Shown piece by piece: positions 54,348-63,589 of a stretch of 64,000 nucleotides of DNA; positions within the stretch are counted from its first letter, which is position 1; the number at the start of each line of letters is the position of its first letter. The position numbers and the translations under genes were made by a program. The notes beneath the pieces were generated by a model. The model saw only the letters and a list, made by a program, of their open reading frames with translations. It was not told where the DNA came from and did not search any database. The stretch comes from an uncultured Acidobacteriota bacterium (GTDB lineage Bacteria > Acidobacteriota > Thermoanaerobaculia > Multivoradales > UBA5704): NCBI GenBank assembly GCA_963700145.1, contig OY969474.1, forward strand, positions 2,176,001 through 2,240,000, written 5' to 3'.

Positions 54348-56198
54348 CTAGCGCCGCGAGCCGCCGCCCGGCGGCGGCACCGGCGGCGGCGGGATCTCGA
54401 ACGAGCGCTGCGTATCGGCTCCGGCGCCCCGCTGGCCGCCGAGGAGCACGAAGCTGAACGAGTACCCCTTCACCTCCGCCACGCCATGGCACCCCATGCA
54501 GCCGCCCATCGTGTAGCCGGCGCCGAAGAACGCGAGGTTCGGCTTGTCTCGCTGGAATGCCGTTGTGCCGTTCGCGGGGATCAGGCTCTGGAAGTTCTGG
54601 ATCGGCGTCAGCTGCGGCGGCTGGCCCTGGAAGTGCTGGAGCCCTTCGTTCGTCTCGATCACCAGGTTGGACAGGTAGAGCGGCTGGCCGATGCCCGTGG
54701 GGTCGTTCGGACCCACCGGGAACGCCGTCTCAGGAGGCGGCGGAGCGTTCACGTCGACGGGCTGGAACTGCACTCCGACGAGGTGGTAGTTGAGCCACAC
54801 CGACTGGGAATCGACCGAGCGGATGGCGGTATGGACGGCCTCGTTGACGCGCCGCGTGTTGTCGAGGATCGGGAACTTGCGCCGCACCGGCAGAGCGGCC
54901 GACCGGTCCGGGTAAAAGCCTTCGTCGGGTGGCGGCTCCAACCCATTGTTGCCGGGCTTGTAGTCGTTGGCGTAGGTGAAGCCGGCCCGGTTGTTGTCGA
55001 CGTGCTCCCAGGTGGCGAAGACGTAGGTGCCGCCGAGCGCGCTCGCGTTGGTATCCGCCGGCGACGCCTGATGGATGCGCTGGATGATGTGAAGACCGAC
55101 GAGCCCGAACTTGCCGTAGCTCATGCAGGTCTTGCCCTTCTCGGTCTTGAAGAAGGCGGCCTCGGCGGTGTGGTACTTCGCCGGGTCTTCGTCCTCGAGC
55201 TTGATCCACGCCGCCTTGAGGTGGACGGAGCCGATCGGGCAGGGCGTGAGGTTGCCGGAGGGTGTGATCTGGCTGTAGTAGGCGTCGATGCAGGCCTTCG
55301 CGTCGTAGCTGGTGACGGAGTTCGACTTCGCGGCCGCAGGTGCCGGCTGGCCATTGGCCTGCAACGGCGGCTGCTGCGCGCTCGTCCGGTAGGGAAGCAG
55401 GATCGCGGCCGCCGTGGCGGCCGCCGCGGCCTTCGGATCCAGGTAGTACTGGCGGCTGTCGTCGGTGACGTAGTTGTAGAAGTCGTAGTTGACTTTCACC
55501 TCGTAGAGGACCGGCTGCGGGCGCGGCTTCGTCGGGCTCCCCTTCCACACCCGCGGGCCGACCGCTTTGCCATGCACGGAGCAACAGGGCGCCTGCTGGG
55601 GCGTGCCGCACTTGGGGTCTTTCACGTGGCCGGCGCACAGCGCATCTCCCGGCTCCAGGGCCTCGGAGGCGACCTCGACCGTCTCGTCGAGACTGTCGAA
55701 GACGATTTTCTGGCCTTGGCCGAAATACCGCCGCGGCGAGGCGTCGCCGTCCTGGTTGTCCGAGCACAGGGGGATGGACGGATCGACCGGCCCGTAGGTC
55801 GGCTCCTGGTTCCAGGGCCCCGGGCTCGCGGTGCTCCCCTGGATGAAGACCTCCCGCTTCTCCTTGAAGGTCTCCCAGACGAGCAGCGAGTCGTGGGCGG
55901 CGGTCGCGAAGCTCCGCTCGAGGTCCGGGAACCCGCGCTGCTCGTGGTTGTCCTTGGGCACGACCGCCGGCCAGTTGGCGGCGACGAAGCTGTTCCAGGC
56001 GAAGTAGTCCCACTCCGGCTGCGCCTTGGGCGAGGTGTTCGGGAACGACGGGCAGCCGAGCTGTAGCTTGCCGCCGTCGTTCTCGCAGGCGGCCTTGGGA
56101 GCGGGCCGCGGGCAGCTCGCCGCGGCGACGGTGAGAAGGACGGCGGTGAGGAGGACGGCGGTGAGGCAGACACGCGCCAACGCACTCGGGACGGCCAT
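54348..56198 (-). CDS. Exported Cys-rich protein with one C-terminal CxxCH (putative c-type cytochrome)
   Basis: Signal peptide; FAWNSFVAANWP, LVGLHI, ATWEHVDN, CMGCH. Confidence 0.7.
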   Translation of the reverse strand: MAVPSALARVCLTAVLLTAVLLTVAAASCPRPAPKAACENDGGKLQLGCPSFPNTSPKAQPEWDYFAWNSFVAANWPAVVPKDNHEQRGFPDLERSFATAAHDSLLVWETFKEKREVFIQGSTASPGPWNQEPTYGPVDPSIPLCSDNQDGDASPRRYFGQGQKIVFDSLDETVEVASEALEPGDALCAGHVKDPKCGTPQQAPCCSVHGKAVGPRVWKGSPTKPRPQPVLYEVKVNYDFYNYVTDDSRQYYLDPKAAAAATAAAILLPYRTSAQQPPLQANGQPAPAAAKSNSVTSYDAKACIDAYYSQITPSGNLTPCPIGSVHLKAAWIKLEDEDPAKYHTAEAAFFKTEKGKTCMSYGKFGLVGLHIIQRIHQASPADTNASALGGTYVFATWEHVDNNRAGFTYANDYKPGNNGLEPPPDEGFYPDRSAALPVRRKFPILDNTRRVNEAVHTAIRSVDSQSVWLNYHLVGVQFQPVDVNAPPPPETAFPVGPNDPTGIGQPLYLSNLVIETNEGLQHFQGQPPQLTPIQNFQSLIPANGTTAFQRDKPNLAFFGAGYTMGGCMGCHGVAEVKGYSFSFVLLGGQRGAGADTQRSFEIPPPPVPPPGGGSRR

Positions 56199-56322
56199 GG
56201 TGGTCCCCTCCGCGTAACTGAATGGATTGTGCAAATAGCTTAACAGAAAGACCGGAGTAGACTCCCTCCATCCCCCGCGTCCAGGTTTCCTCCCCCGCCC
56301 CCTCCGTGTCTAAGCCTTCAGG

Positions 56323-56931
56323 ATGGACACCACACGCACCGCAGTGTTCCCGGGTCTCAGGGTGAGCGGCCTCGACACGAGCGAGGCCGGCGACGAGCGG
56401 CGGCTGCTGGCGGAGCTGGCGGCCGGGGACCGGCGCGCGGCGGAGGTCCTGGTGGAACGGACCTACCGCGGCGTCTACGCCTTCCTTCACCGCCTCGCCG
56501 CCGATCCCGAGCTGGCCGCCGACCTGACGCAGGAGACCTACCGCCGGGCCTGGGCGGCGCTCTCGTCGTTCGACGGGCGCGCCCGCTTCTCGACCTGGCT
56601 CTGCCGCATCGCCTACACCACGTTCCTCAACCACCTGCGCCGGCCGCGCCGTCTGGTGCCGCTCGACGAGCGGTACGAGGAGACGGCCGCCGACCCCGCG
56701 CCCGCCGCCGACGACCAGGTCGGCGGGGCGATGGCCGGCGAGCGGCTGCGGCGGGCGGTGCTCGCCCTGCCCGAGGAGCTGCGCTACACGGTGACGGCGC
56801 TTTTCTGGGGCGAGCGGTCGGTGGCGGAAGTGGCCAAACACGAAGGGGTGACGCCGGTCGCCATCCGCAAGCGCCTGAAGCGGGCGCTGGCGGCCCTGGC
56901 GGCGGCGCTCGAAGAGGAGGAAGTCCGATGA
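56323..56931 (+). CDS. ECF RNA polymerase sigma factor
   Basis: ADLTQETY.RAW, FSTWL.RIA, region 4 HTH. Confidence 0.92.
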   Translation: MDTTRTAVFPGLRVSGLDTSEAGDERRLLAELAAGDRRAAEVLVERTYRGVYAFLHRLAADPELAADLTQETYRRAWAALSSFDGRARFSTWLCRIAYTTFLNHLRRPRRLVPLDERYEETAADPAPAADDQVGGAMAGERLRRAVLALPEELRYTVTALFWGERSVAEVAKHEGVTPVAIRKRLKRALAALAAALEEEEVR

Positions 56932-59009
56932 GCAGGTCGAGCGAGCGCGAGGTCGCCCGGCGGCTGTCCGAGCGCGGCCCCGAGCCGGAGCCGCCGGCGG
57001 AGCTGCTGGCGCGGCTCAAGGCCGAGATCCCCGCCGAGCTGGGCGGCCGGCTGCGGCTGGTCGAAGCGGCGGCCGCCGAGGAGCGGCGGCCGGCGTGGGG
57101 CGAGCGGCGATGGCTGCTGGCGGCGTCGATCGCGGCGGCGCTGGCGGGCGGGTTCCTGGCCCTCGAGGTGCGGGAGCGGGCGACGGCGCCGGTCGAAGAG
57201 GTGGAAGCGACCCCGGAGGTCGCGGCGCGCGCCGAGAGCGAGCCGGAGCCCTTCGCGGTGCGGCGGGCCGGGCCGCCTCCGCCCGCCGCCCGGGCCGTGC
57301 CGCCGCCGGCGTCCGCCGGCGACGAGTCCGTGCAGATGGACTCCGAGGGTCCCCTCGTCGATCTGGGCTACGCCGCAGCGGCGCCGAAGCCCGAGCTGCG
57401 GGCGTCCGGGCGCCTCGCGGCGCCGGCGCAGCCGGTCGAGGTGCCCGAGGAGATCCTGGAAGGGGTCGAGGGCGGTGTCGTCGGCGGGGTGCCCGGCGGC
57501 GTCCACGGCGGGGTCCCCGGCGGCGTCATGTCCGGCGAAACCTCGCCGCTGCGCGTCGGCGGGGCCACGGCGCGGCGTATCGGCGGGGCCATGCCGCCCA
57601 CGACCGGCGGCAACGCCGAGCCCAACGACGAGCCGTACGGCGACGTCTTCTTCAAGACCTACGGCGTCAACCCGTTCGTCGACACCGAGGACGACCGCCT
57701 CTCGACCTTCGGGCTGGACGTCGACACCGCCTCCTACACGGTGGCGCGCCGCTACCTCACCGACGGCCACCTGCCGCCGGCCGAGGCGGTGCGCGTCGAG
57801 GAGATGGTCAACGCCTTCGACTACGCCGACCCGGCGCCGCGCGACCGCGACTTCACGGTGCGCGCCGAAGGCTCGCCCACGCCCTTCGCCGAGGGCGGCC
57901 GCTACCGCCTCCTGCGCTTCGGCATCCGGGCGCGCGAGGTGCACGCCGCCGAGCGCAAGCCGGCCGTCCTCACCTTCGTCGTCGATGTCTCCGGCTCGAT
58001 GGACTACGAGAACCGGCTCGGCCTGGTCAAGCAGGCCCTGGGGATGCTGCTCGACGAGCTGCGGCCGGAGGACCGGGTGGGGCTCGTCGTCTACGGCGAC
58101 GAGGGGCAGGTGCTCCTCAGCCACACCAGCGACAAGGGGGCGATCCGCCGGGCCATCGACCGGCTGGTCCCCGGCGGCTCGACGAACGCCGAGGAGGGGC
58201 TCCTCCTGGGCTACCAGCTCGCCGAGCAGGGGCTGCGCCAGGGCGCCATCAACCGGGTGATCCTCTGCTCGGACGGCGTCGCCAACGTCGGCGCCACCGG
58301 CCCGGAGAGCATCCTGGCGCGCATCGGCCGCGACGCCGAGCGCGGCATCGAGCTCACCACCGTCGGCTTCGGCATGGGCAACTACAACGACGTGCTGATG
58401 GAGCAGCTCGCCGACAAGGGCGACGGCCGCTACGCCTACGTCGACACGCTGGAGGAGGCGCGGCGGGTCTTCGTCGAGGACCTGACGGGGACGCTGCAGA
58501 CCGTCGCCTCGCAGGCGCGGGCGCAGGTCGAGTTCAACCCGGCGGTCGTGGCGCGCTGGCGCCTGCTGGGCTACGAGAACCGCGACATCGCAGATCACCG
58601 CTTCCGCGACGACACGGTGGACGCCGGCGAGATCGGCGCCGGCCACGGCGTCACCGCCCTCTACGAGATCAAGCTCGCCGAGGACGCCCCCGCCTACCTG
58701 CCGGCCGCCACCCTCCGCCTGCGCTGGCGCTCCGACGAGAGCGAGCAGTTCGAGGAGATCGCGCGCACCCTCCGCGTCACCGACTTCGCGCGCAGCTGGG
58801 ACAGCGCGCCGCGCGCCCTGCGGCTGGCGTCGGTGGTGGCCGAGCTCGCCGAGATCCTGCGCGGCTCCTACTGGGCCAAGGACGGCGACCTCGAGGCCCT
58901 CGCCCGCCGGGCGCGGCGCCTGGCCATGTCGGGCGACCCGCGCCTGATCGAGCTGGCGGAGCTGATCGAGAAGGCGTCGGAATTGAAAGGGGAAGTGGAA
59001 GAGGACTGA
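56928..59009 (+). CDS. YfbK-like VWA protein with N-terminal TM (putative anti-sigma factor)
   Basis: STFGLDVDTASY, VRVEEMVN.FDY, DVSGSM, SDGVANVG, RLLGYENR, DAGEIG.GH.VTALYE; overlaps the sigma stop. Confidence 0.88.
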   Translation: MSRSSEREVARRLSERGPEPEPPAELLARLKAEIPAELGGRLRLVEAAAAEERRPAWGERRWLLAASIAAALAGGFLALEVRERATAPVEEVEATPEVAARAESEPEPFAVRRAGPPPPAARAVPPPASAGDESVQMDSEGPLVDLGYAAAAPKPELRASGRLAAPAQPVEVPEEILEGVEGGVVGGVPGGVHGGVPGGVMSGETSPLRVGGATARRIGGAMPPTTGGNAEPNDEPYGDVFFKTYGVNPFVDTEDDRLSTFGLDVDTASYTVARRYLTDGHLPPAEAVRVEEMVNAFDYADPAPRDRDFTVRAEGSPTPFAEGGRYRLLRFGIRAREVHAAERKPAVLTFVVDVSGSMDYENRLGLVKQALGMLLDELRPEDRVGLVVYGDEGQVLLSHTSDKGAIRRAIDRLVPGGSTNAEEGLLLGYQLAEQGLRQGAINRVILCSDGVANVGATGPESILARIGRDAERGIELTTVGFGMGNYNDVLMEQLADKGDGRYAYVDTLEEARRVFVEDLTGTLQTVASQARAQVEFNPAVVARWRLLGYENRDIADHRFRDDTVDAGEIGAGHGVTALYEIKLAEDAPAYLPAATLRLRWRSDESEQFEEIARTLRVTDFARSWDSAPRALRLASVVAELAEILRGSYWAKDGDLEALARRARRLAMSGDPRLIELAELIEKASELKGEVEED

Positions 59010-59013
59010 CCTG

Positions 59014-59106
59014 TCTGTCATTCCGAGCGCAGCGAGGAATCTGGGGGCGGGAGCGCTCGCCAAGGTGCCCCCGCCCAGATCCCTCGCTGCCGCTCGGGAT
59101 GACAGA
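59014..59106. repeat. REP-like long hairpin (GTCAT.C.GAGCG...GGATGAC type)
   Basis: TCTGTCATTCCGAGCGCAGCGAGGAATCTGGG pairs with CCCAGATCCCTCGCTGCCGCTCGGGATGACAGA. Confidence 0.85.
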
Positions 59107-59114
59107 ATCTCCCT

Positions 59115-59624
59115 GTGTTCCGCCTCGTCCTGGCGAAGGAGGACTTCAAGTTCTCCTCCGCCCACTTCACCATCTTCGGCGCCGGGCGGGCGGAGCTCTT
59201 CCACGGCCACAACTACCACGTCGCGGTCGAGCTGGCCGGCGACGCGCTGGACGAGTGGGGGCTCCTCGCCGACATCGCGTCCTTGAAGCAGGCGATCCGC
59301 GCCGCCTGCGCCCGCCTCGACAGCCGCACCCTGATCCCGGTCGACAGCGGCGAGATCGCCTGGTCGCAGGAGGGCGACGCCGTCGAGGTCCGCTTCGACG
59401 AGCGCCTCTACCGCTTCCCGGCCGCCGACGTCCTCCTCCTGCCGCTCGCCAACACTTCGATGGAGCTGCTGGCGCGGATGCTCTGGGAGGAGATCGCGCC
59501 GCGCCTGGCGGGCTCGCGCGTCGAGGTGCTGGCGCTCTCGGTCGAGGAGTCGGCCGGCCAGCGCTGCGTCTACGAGAGCCGCATCTCCCGCCCCTTCCAG
59601 GACGAGAGCCTCCCCCGCCGGTAG
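59115..59624 (+). CDS. 6-pyruvoyl-tetrahydropterin synthase (QueD-like) protein, ExxHGH variant
   Basis: FSSAH, AELFHGHNY, NTSMELLAR. Confidence 0.85.
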   Translation: MFRLVLAKEDFKFSSAHFTIFGAGRAELFHGHNYHVAVELAGDALDEWGLLADIASLKQAIRAACARLDSRTLIPVDSGEIAWSQEGDAVEVRFDERLYRFPAADVLLLPLANTSMELLARMLWEEIAPRLAGSRVEVLALSVEESAGQRCVYESRISRPFQDESLPRR

Positions 59625-60682
59625 TCCGCCGCGCCAAGCGCGACGCCGGCCGCCAGGAGCAGCGCGTCTGCCGGCCAGAGGAGCCCCCAGGCAGGGGCGT
59701 GGCCGGAGCCGGTGCGGAGGAGCGCCGAGGCCGCCGCGCCAGCCGTCCACAGGAGCGCCGCCTCGACCCAGCGCCCGGCGGCGAGGGCGGCGAAGAGACC
59801 GGCGGCGGGGAGGAGCGTCGCCGCGAGCGCCGCGGCCAGCACCTTCGGCCGCCCGCCGAAGAGCCCGCCCAGGTTGCGCCGCCAGCCGCGCAGCGCCTCG
59901 CCGAGCCCGCGGTACATGCGCACCGTGAGGCCGCCGCTGCGGAAGAAGCCGGTGCGGGCGCCGCCGGCGCGCAGCAGGCGCGCCAGGGCAACGTCGTCGA
60001 TCGCCGCACCGCGGATCGGTGCGAGGCCGCCGGCGGCGGCGAGGGCGTCGCGCCGCAGCAGGATGAACTGACCGTTGGCGAGCGCCGGCCCCTCCCCCAC
60101 GGCAGCGGCCTCCCAGTCGCCCAAGAGGGCATCGAGGAGGGCGAAGACCGGGGGCACGAGGAGGTTCTCCCAGCCGCGCGCCTCCTGCCGGCCGGCGACC
60201 GAGACGGCGTCGAGCCGCCGCTCGGCGGCGGCGGCGAGGGCGCGGGCCAGGAGGTCGGGGGCGTGGCGGGTGTCGGCGTCGGTGAGCAGCACCCACGGGG
60301 TCTCGACCCCCGACAGCCCGGCGGCGAGGGCGTGGAGCTTGCCGCGCCAGCCGGCCGGGAGCGGGCCGGCCGCGCGCAGGGCGAGGCGCGGCTCGGCCGC
60401 GGCGCGCGCGGCGACCAGGGCGGCGGTGCCGTCGGTCGAGCCGTCGTCCACCACCAGGACGCGCGGGCGGACCGTCTGGGCGAGAAGGGAGTCGAGACAG
60501 GGGCCGACGTTGCCGGCCTCGTCGCGGACGGGCAGAAGGACGGTGGCCGGCTCGCTAGCTTGGTCGGGAGGGAGCGGCGGCGGCAGGGCCGGGGCCCGGC
60601 GGCGCCGCTCATCGATCGCCGCCGCCCCGCCCAGGAGCGCGGCGGCGGCGAGGACGGCGAGCGCCAGCCCCGGAGCGATCAA
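59570..60682 (-). CDS. Glycosyltransferase family 2 (CrtQ/HpnI-like)
   Basis: PVRDE, VDDGSTDGT, GW.GK, TDAD, NGQF, DD..LA, RMY. Confidence 0.88.
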   Translation of the reverse strand: MIAPGLALAVLAAAALLGGAAAIDERRRRAPALPPPLPPDQASEPATVLLPVRDEAGNVGPCLDSLLAQTVRPRVLVVDDGSTDGTAALVAARAAAEPRLALRAAGPLPAGWRGKLHALAAGLSGVETPWVLLTDADTRHAPDLLARALAAAAERRLDAVSVAGRQEARGWENLLVPPVFALLDALLGDWEAAAVGEGPALANGQFILLRRDALAAAGGLAPIRGAAIDDVALARLLRAGGARTGFFRSGGLTVRMYRGLGEALRGWRRNLGGLFGGRPKVLAAALAATLLPAAGLFAALAAGRWVEAALLWTAGAAASALLRTGSGHAPAWGLLWPADALLLAAGVALGAADYRRGRLSSWKGREMRLS

Positions 60683-60945
60683 GCGACGGTGAAGGGGCCT
60701 TCCTTGACCTCGGCGCCCAGCCGCAGCTCGAGCTCGCGCTCCACCTCACCGGGCTGCGGGAAGCGCCCTTCCTTCTTCTTGGAGAAGACGACCTCGTTCT
60801 CGTAGGTCACTTCGAACACCCCGCCCTTCCCCTTGACCAGGTTGGGACGGACGCTGAAGCGCTTCTCGATCTCGGCCGCCAGACCGGCGGCGCGGGGGTA
60901 GTAGTTTCAGACGACGCAGTACTCGATCGTGACAGAGCTCGCCAT
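60679..60945 (-). CDS. Rdx (SelW/SelT/SelH) family selenoprotein, CxxU
   Basis: MASSVTIEYCVV-TGA-NYYPRAAGLA...GGVFEV...FSKK..GRFP..GEV; in-frame TGA at 60907-60909 followed by hairpin GCCGCC-GGTCT-GGCGGC; RBS AAGGAGG and TATAAT upstream. Confidence 0.88.
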
Positions 60946-61179
60946 CGGGCACCCTCCTTGGCCCGGATTATAGGCACGCTCCATGCCTGCGCATGGGGGC
61001 CTATCGCAGTTAGACTCTGCTTACTGAGAGGGTGAAATTTGGGCGGAGGTATGTTATAAGGTGCAGCCGACCAGGAGGACCGGGACAACTAGGACAAAGA
61101 TTTTTGGCCGCTCATCCCTCCGGGTCGGTCTCGGAGGGGTTGAACGAGTTCAATTGCCTAACCTCAACGGAGGAACGGA

Positions 61180-61527
61180 ATGAAAGGCGAGGCGCCCACG
61201 ATGACCCAGAAGGAGATGGCCCAGATGCGCGCGCAGCTGGAAGGCACGCCGGACATCGAGGAGGCCGCGGAGCTGATGAACCTGGCCGGGAACTCCACCC
61301 GGCTCAAGCTCCTCTACCTGCTCGAGAACATGAAGGAGCTGTGCGTCTGCGACCTGGCCGAGATGCTGGGGGTGTCGGTGTCGGCCGTGTCGCAGCACCT
61401 GGCCAAGCTCAAGGCCTACGGTCTCGTCGCGCCGCGGCGCGACGCCCAGACCATCTACTACCGCTTGACCGACCATCAGTTCAACCAGAAGCTCCGCGAG
61501 AACTTCCTGCGCCAGTTCAACGTCTGA
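61180..61527 (+). CDS. ArsR/SmtB-family transcriptional regulator
   Basis: TRLKLL, ELCVCDLA, SAVSQHL..LK, IYY.L. Confidence 0.92.
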   Translation: MKGEAPTMTQKEMAQMRAQLEGTPDIEEAAELMNLAGNSTRLKLLYLLENMKELCVCDLAEMLGVSVSAVSQHLAKLKAYGLVAPRRDAQTIYYRLTDHQFNQKLRENFLRQFNV

Positions 61528-61552
61528 CCTTCACGCAGGCGTAAGTAGGGCT

Positions 61553-61586
61553 CGACGGCCGGGGCGACCCGGCCGTCGCTGTCTTT
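61553..61586 (+). terminator. Probable intrinsic terminator after arsR
   Basis: 11-bp stem CGACGGCCGGG/CCCGGCCGTCG with GCGA loop and a weak T tail. Confidence 0.55.
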
Positions 61587-61607
61587 CGGCGCTAGAATCG
61601 CCGGCCC

Positions 61608-62324
61608 ATGAATCAGCACCCGCGACCGAAGTTCACCTGGCTCGGCCACGCCACCGTCTACTGCGAGCTGCCGGGCGGCGAAGGCCTGCTCATCGATCCC
61701 TGGGTGGGCGGCAACCCGGCCTGCCCCGAGGAGTGGAAGCGGCTCCCCCGCCTCGACGCCGTCCTCGTCACCCACGCCCACTTCGACCACGTCGGCGACG
61801 CCGTCGAGCTCTGCCGGGAGCACCACCCGCGGCTCGTGGTGGCCAACTTCGAGACCTGCGGCTGGCTCGCCGCCAAGGGGGTCGAAGGCTGCTCGGGCAT
61901 GAACCTCGGCGGCACCCAGGAGGTGCTGGGGCTCCAGGTGACGATGGTGCGCGCCGACCACTCCTGCGGCATCCAGGACGGCGACCAGATCCTCTACGGC
62001 GGCCAGGCGGCGGGCTACGTCGTGCGCCTGCCCGGCGGCTACACCTTCTACCACTCCGGCGACACCGCGCTCTTCTCCGACATGCAGCTCATCGCCGAGC
62101 TCTACCGCCCGGAGCTGGCCTTCCTGCCGATCGGCGACCTCTTCACCATGGACCCCAACCAGGCGGCGCGCGCCTGCCGCTACCTCGGCGTGCGCAAGGT
62201 GGTGCCGATCCACTGGGGGACCTTCCCGCTCTTGACCGGCACGCCCGAGCAGCTCGAGAAGGACCTCGAGACTCTCGGCGTGCGCTGCGAAGTGATCGCC
62301 CTGAAGCCTGGGGAAACTTACTAG
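61608..62324 (+). CDS. UPF0173-type metal-dependent hydrolase (MBL fold)
   Basis: WLGHA, IDPW, THAHFDH, YHSGDT, LPIGD.FTM, PIHWGTF. Confidence 0.9.
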   Translation: MNQHPRPKFTWLGHATVYCELPGGEGLLIDPWVGGNPACPEEWKRLPRLDAVLVTHAHFDHVGDAVELCREHHPRLVVANFETCGWLAAKGVEGCSGMNLGGTQEVLGLQVTMVRADHSCGIQDGDQILYGGQAAGYVVRLPGGYTFYHSGDTALFSDMQLIAELYRPELAFLPIGDLFTMDPNQAARACRYLGVRKVVPIHWGTFPLLTGTPEQLEKDLETLGVRCEVIALKPGETY

Positions 62325-63085
62325 AACCGCGCCCCGAACCCCGCGCCCACGAACCACTCCGGCTCGCTGTCGCCCAGGCCGGTCCCCACGCGCACGTCGA
62401 GCTGCAGGTCGTCCGAGAGCAGCCAGGTCAAGCCGCTGTTGGCGAAGCTCGAGCTGCCCTCGAACGGCTCCTCGCCGTCGAAGCCGTAGACCTCGAAGTA
62501 GGAGCCGAGCCGGTCGTTCCAGGTCAGGCCGAGCGACAGGCTCCCGGAGAGCCGGTCGAAGCGCTCGTCGAAGGCGGCGGCGCGGGCCCAGCCGGCGTTG
62601 CCGGAGAGAGCGGCGCGCTCGGTCAGCGTGGTGGCGGCGGCGAGCTTCACCTCCGGCTCCCAGGCGTCGCTCGTGAAGTCGTTGTCGCCGCTCGGTGCGC
62701 TCGTGCCGGCGAGCAGCGCGAGGTCGAGGCCGCCGCGCCCGCCGCTCCCGGCCGGTAGCGCGGCGAGCTTCCACTTGAGGCCGAGCGAGCCGTCGGTCCA
62801 GCCGGAGAGGCTGTCGCCCGCGAACTCCACCCGCCCGAAGGAGGGGAGCCCCACGCGCAGCTCGAGCCGCTCGGCGACGCCGATGCGGAGCAGGGCCTCG
62901 CCGAAGGTCGTCAGATCGACGTCGCCCTCTCCCACCCGCTCGTGCGTGACGCCGGCCTCGAGCTGGAAGCGGCCGGGCGGGACGGTCTCGGCGCTCTCGG
63001 TGAAATCCGGCCGGTCGGTGACCAGCGGCTCCTGCGCCCGCGCCGCGGCGGCGAGCAGGAACAGCAGGGCCGCCGCTCGCCTCAC
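62321..63085 (-). CDS. Outer-membrane beta-barrel 'transporter' (MetA-pathway phenol-degradation-like)
   Basis: Signal peptide, LVTDRPDFTESA.TVP.G.FQLE, C-terminal Phe. Confidence 0.8.
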   Translation of the reverse strand: MRRAAALLFLLAAAARAQEPLVTDRPDFTESAETVPPGRFQLEAGVTHERVGEGDVDLTTFGEALLRIGVAERLELRVGLPSFGRVEFAGDSLSGWTDGSLGLKWKLAALPAGSGGRGGLDLALLAGTSAPSGDNDFTSDAWEPEVKLAAATTLTERAALSGNAGWARAAAFDERFDRLSGSLSLGLTWNDRLGSYFEVYGFDGEEPFEGSSSFANSGLTWLLSDDLQLDVRVGTGLGDSEPEWFVGAGFGARF

Positions 63086-63534
63086 CGCACTTCCAGGACG
63101 CCGCGCATCATCCGCGAGTGGGCGGTGCAGACGTACTCGTAGTCGCCCGCCGCGGCGGGAGCGCGGAAGGTGAGGTCCGCCGACTCGCCGGCGGCGCGCA
63201 GCAGGCGGGTGGCCTTGAGGTCGCCGTCCTCGTCCGGGACCGCCACGTCGTGCGGGATGCCCTGGTCCTCGTTGCGCAGCACGAGCCGCACCGCCTCGCC
63301 GCGGTCGACGACCAGCCGCGGGTTGGGCGTCGGGTCGCCGGGCAGGTAGAAGGCCATGCCGCGGGCAGCGAGCGCGACGGTGCGCGGCTCCGGGCCACCG
63401 GTGGCCGCCTGCACCGCGATCGCCACGCCGCCGCAAACCAGGACAAGGGCGACCAGCGGCACGAGCAGAGCGCGCGGCCGCGCGGCCCGAGCCGGGCTGA
63501 ACGCGTCGAGGGTGGCTGCCAGGAGCTGCGACAT
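63082..63534 (-). CDS. Cupredoxin-domain protein
   Basis: N.D..PHD and YEYVCTAHSRMM provide type-1 copper ligands. Confidence 0.85.
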   Translation of the reverse strand: MSQLLAATLDAFSPARAARPRALLVPLVALVLVCGGVAIAVQAATGGPEPRTVALAARGMAFYLPGDPTPNPRLVVDRGEAVRLVLRNEDQGIPHDVAVPDEDGDLKATRLLRAAGESADLTFRAPAAAGDYEYVCTAHSRMMRGVLEVR

Positions 63535-63589
63535 TTGAGGTCCTCTCTCTCCAACGGCCCGAACGGATCGGAGCCGTTATTTCGAGTCC

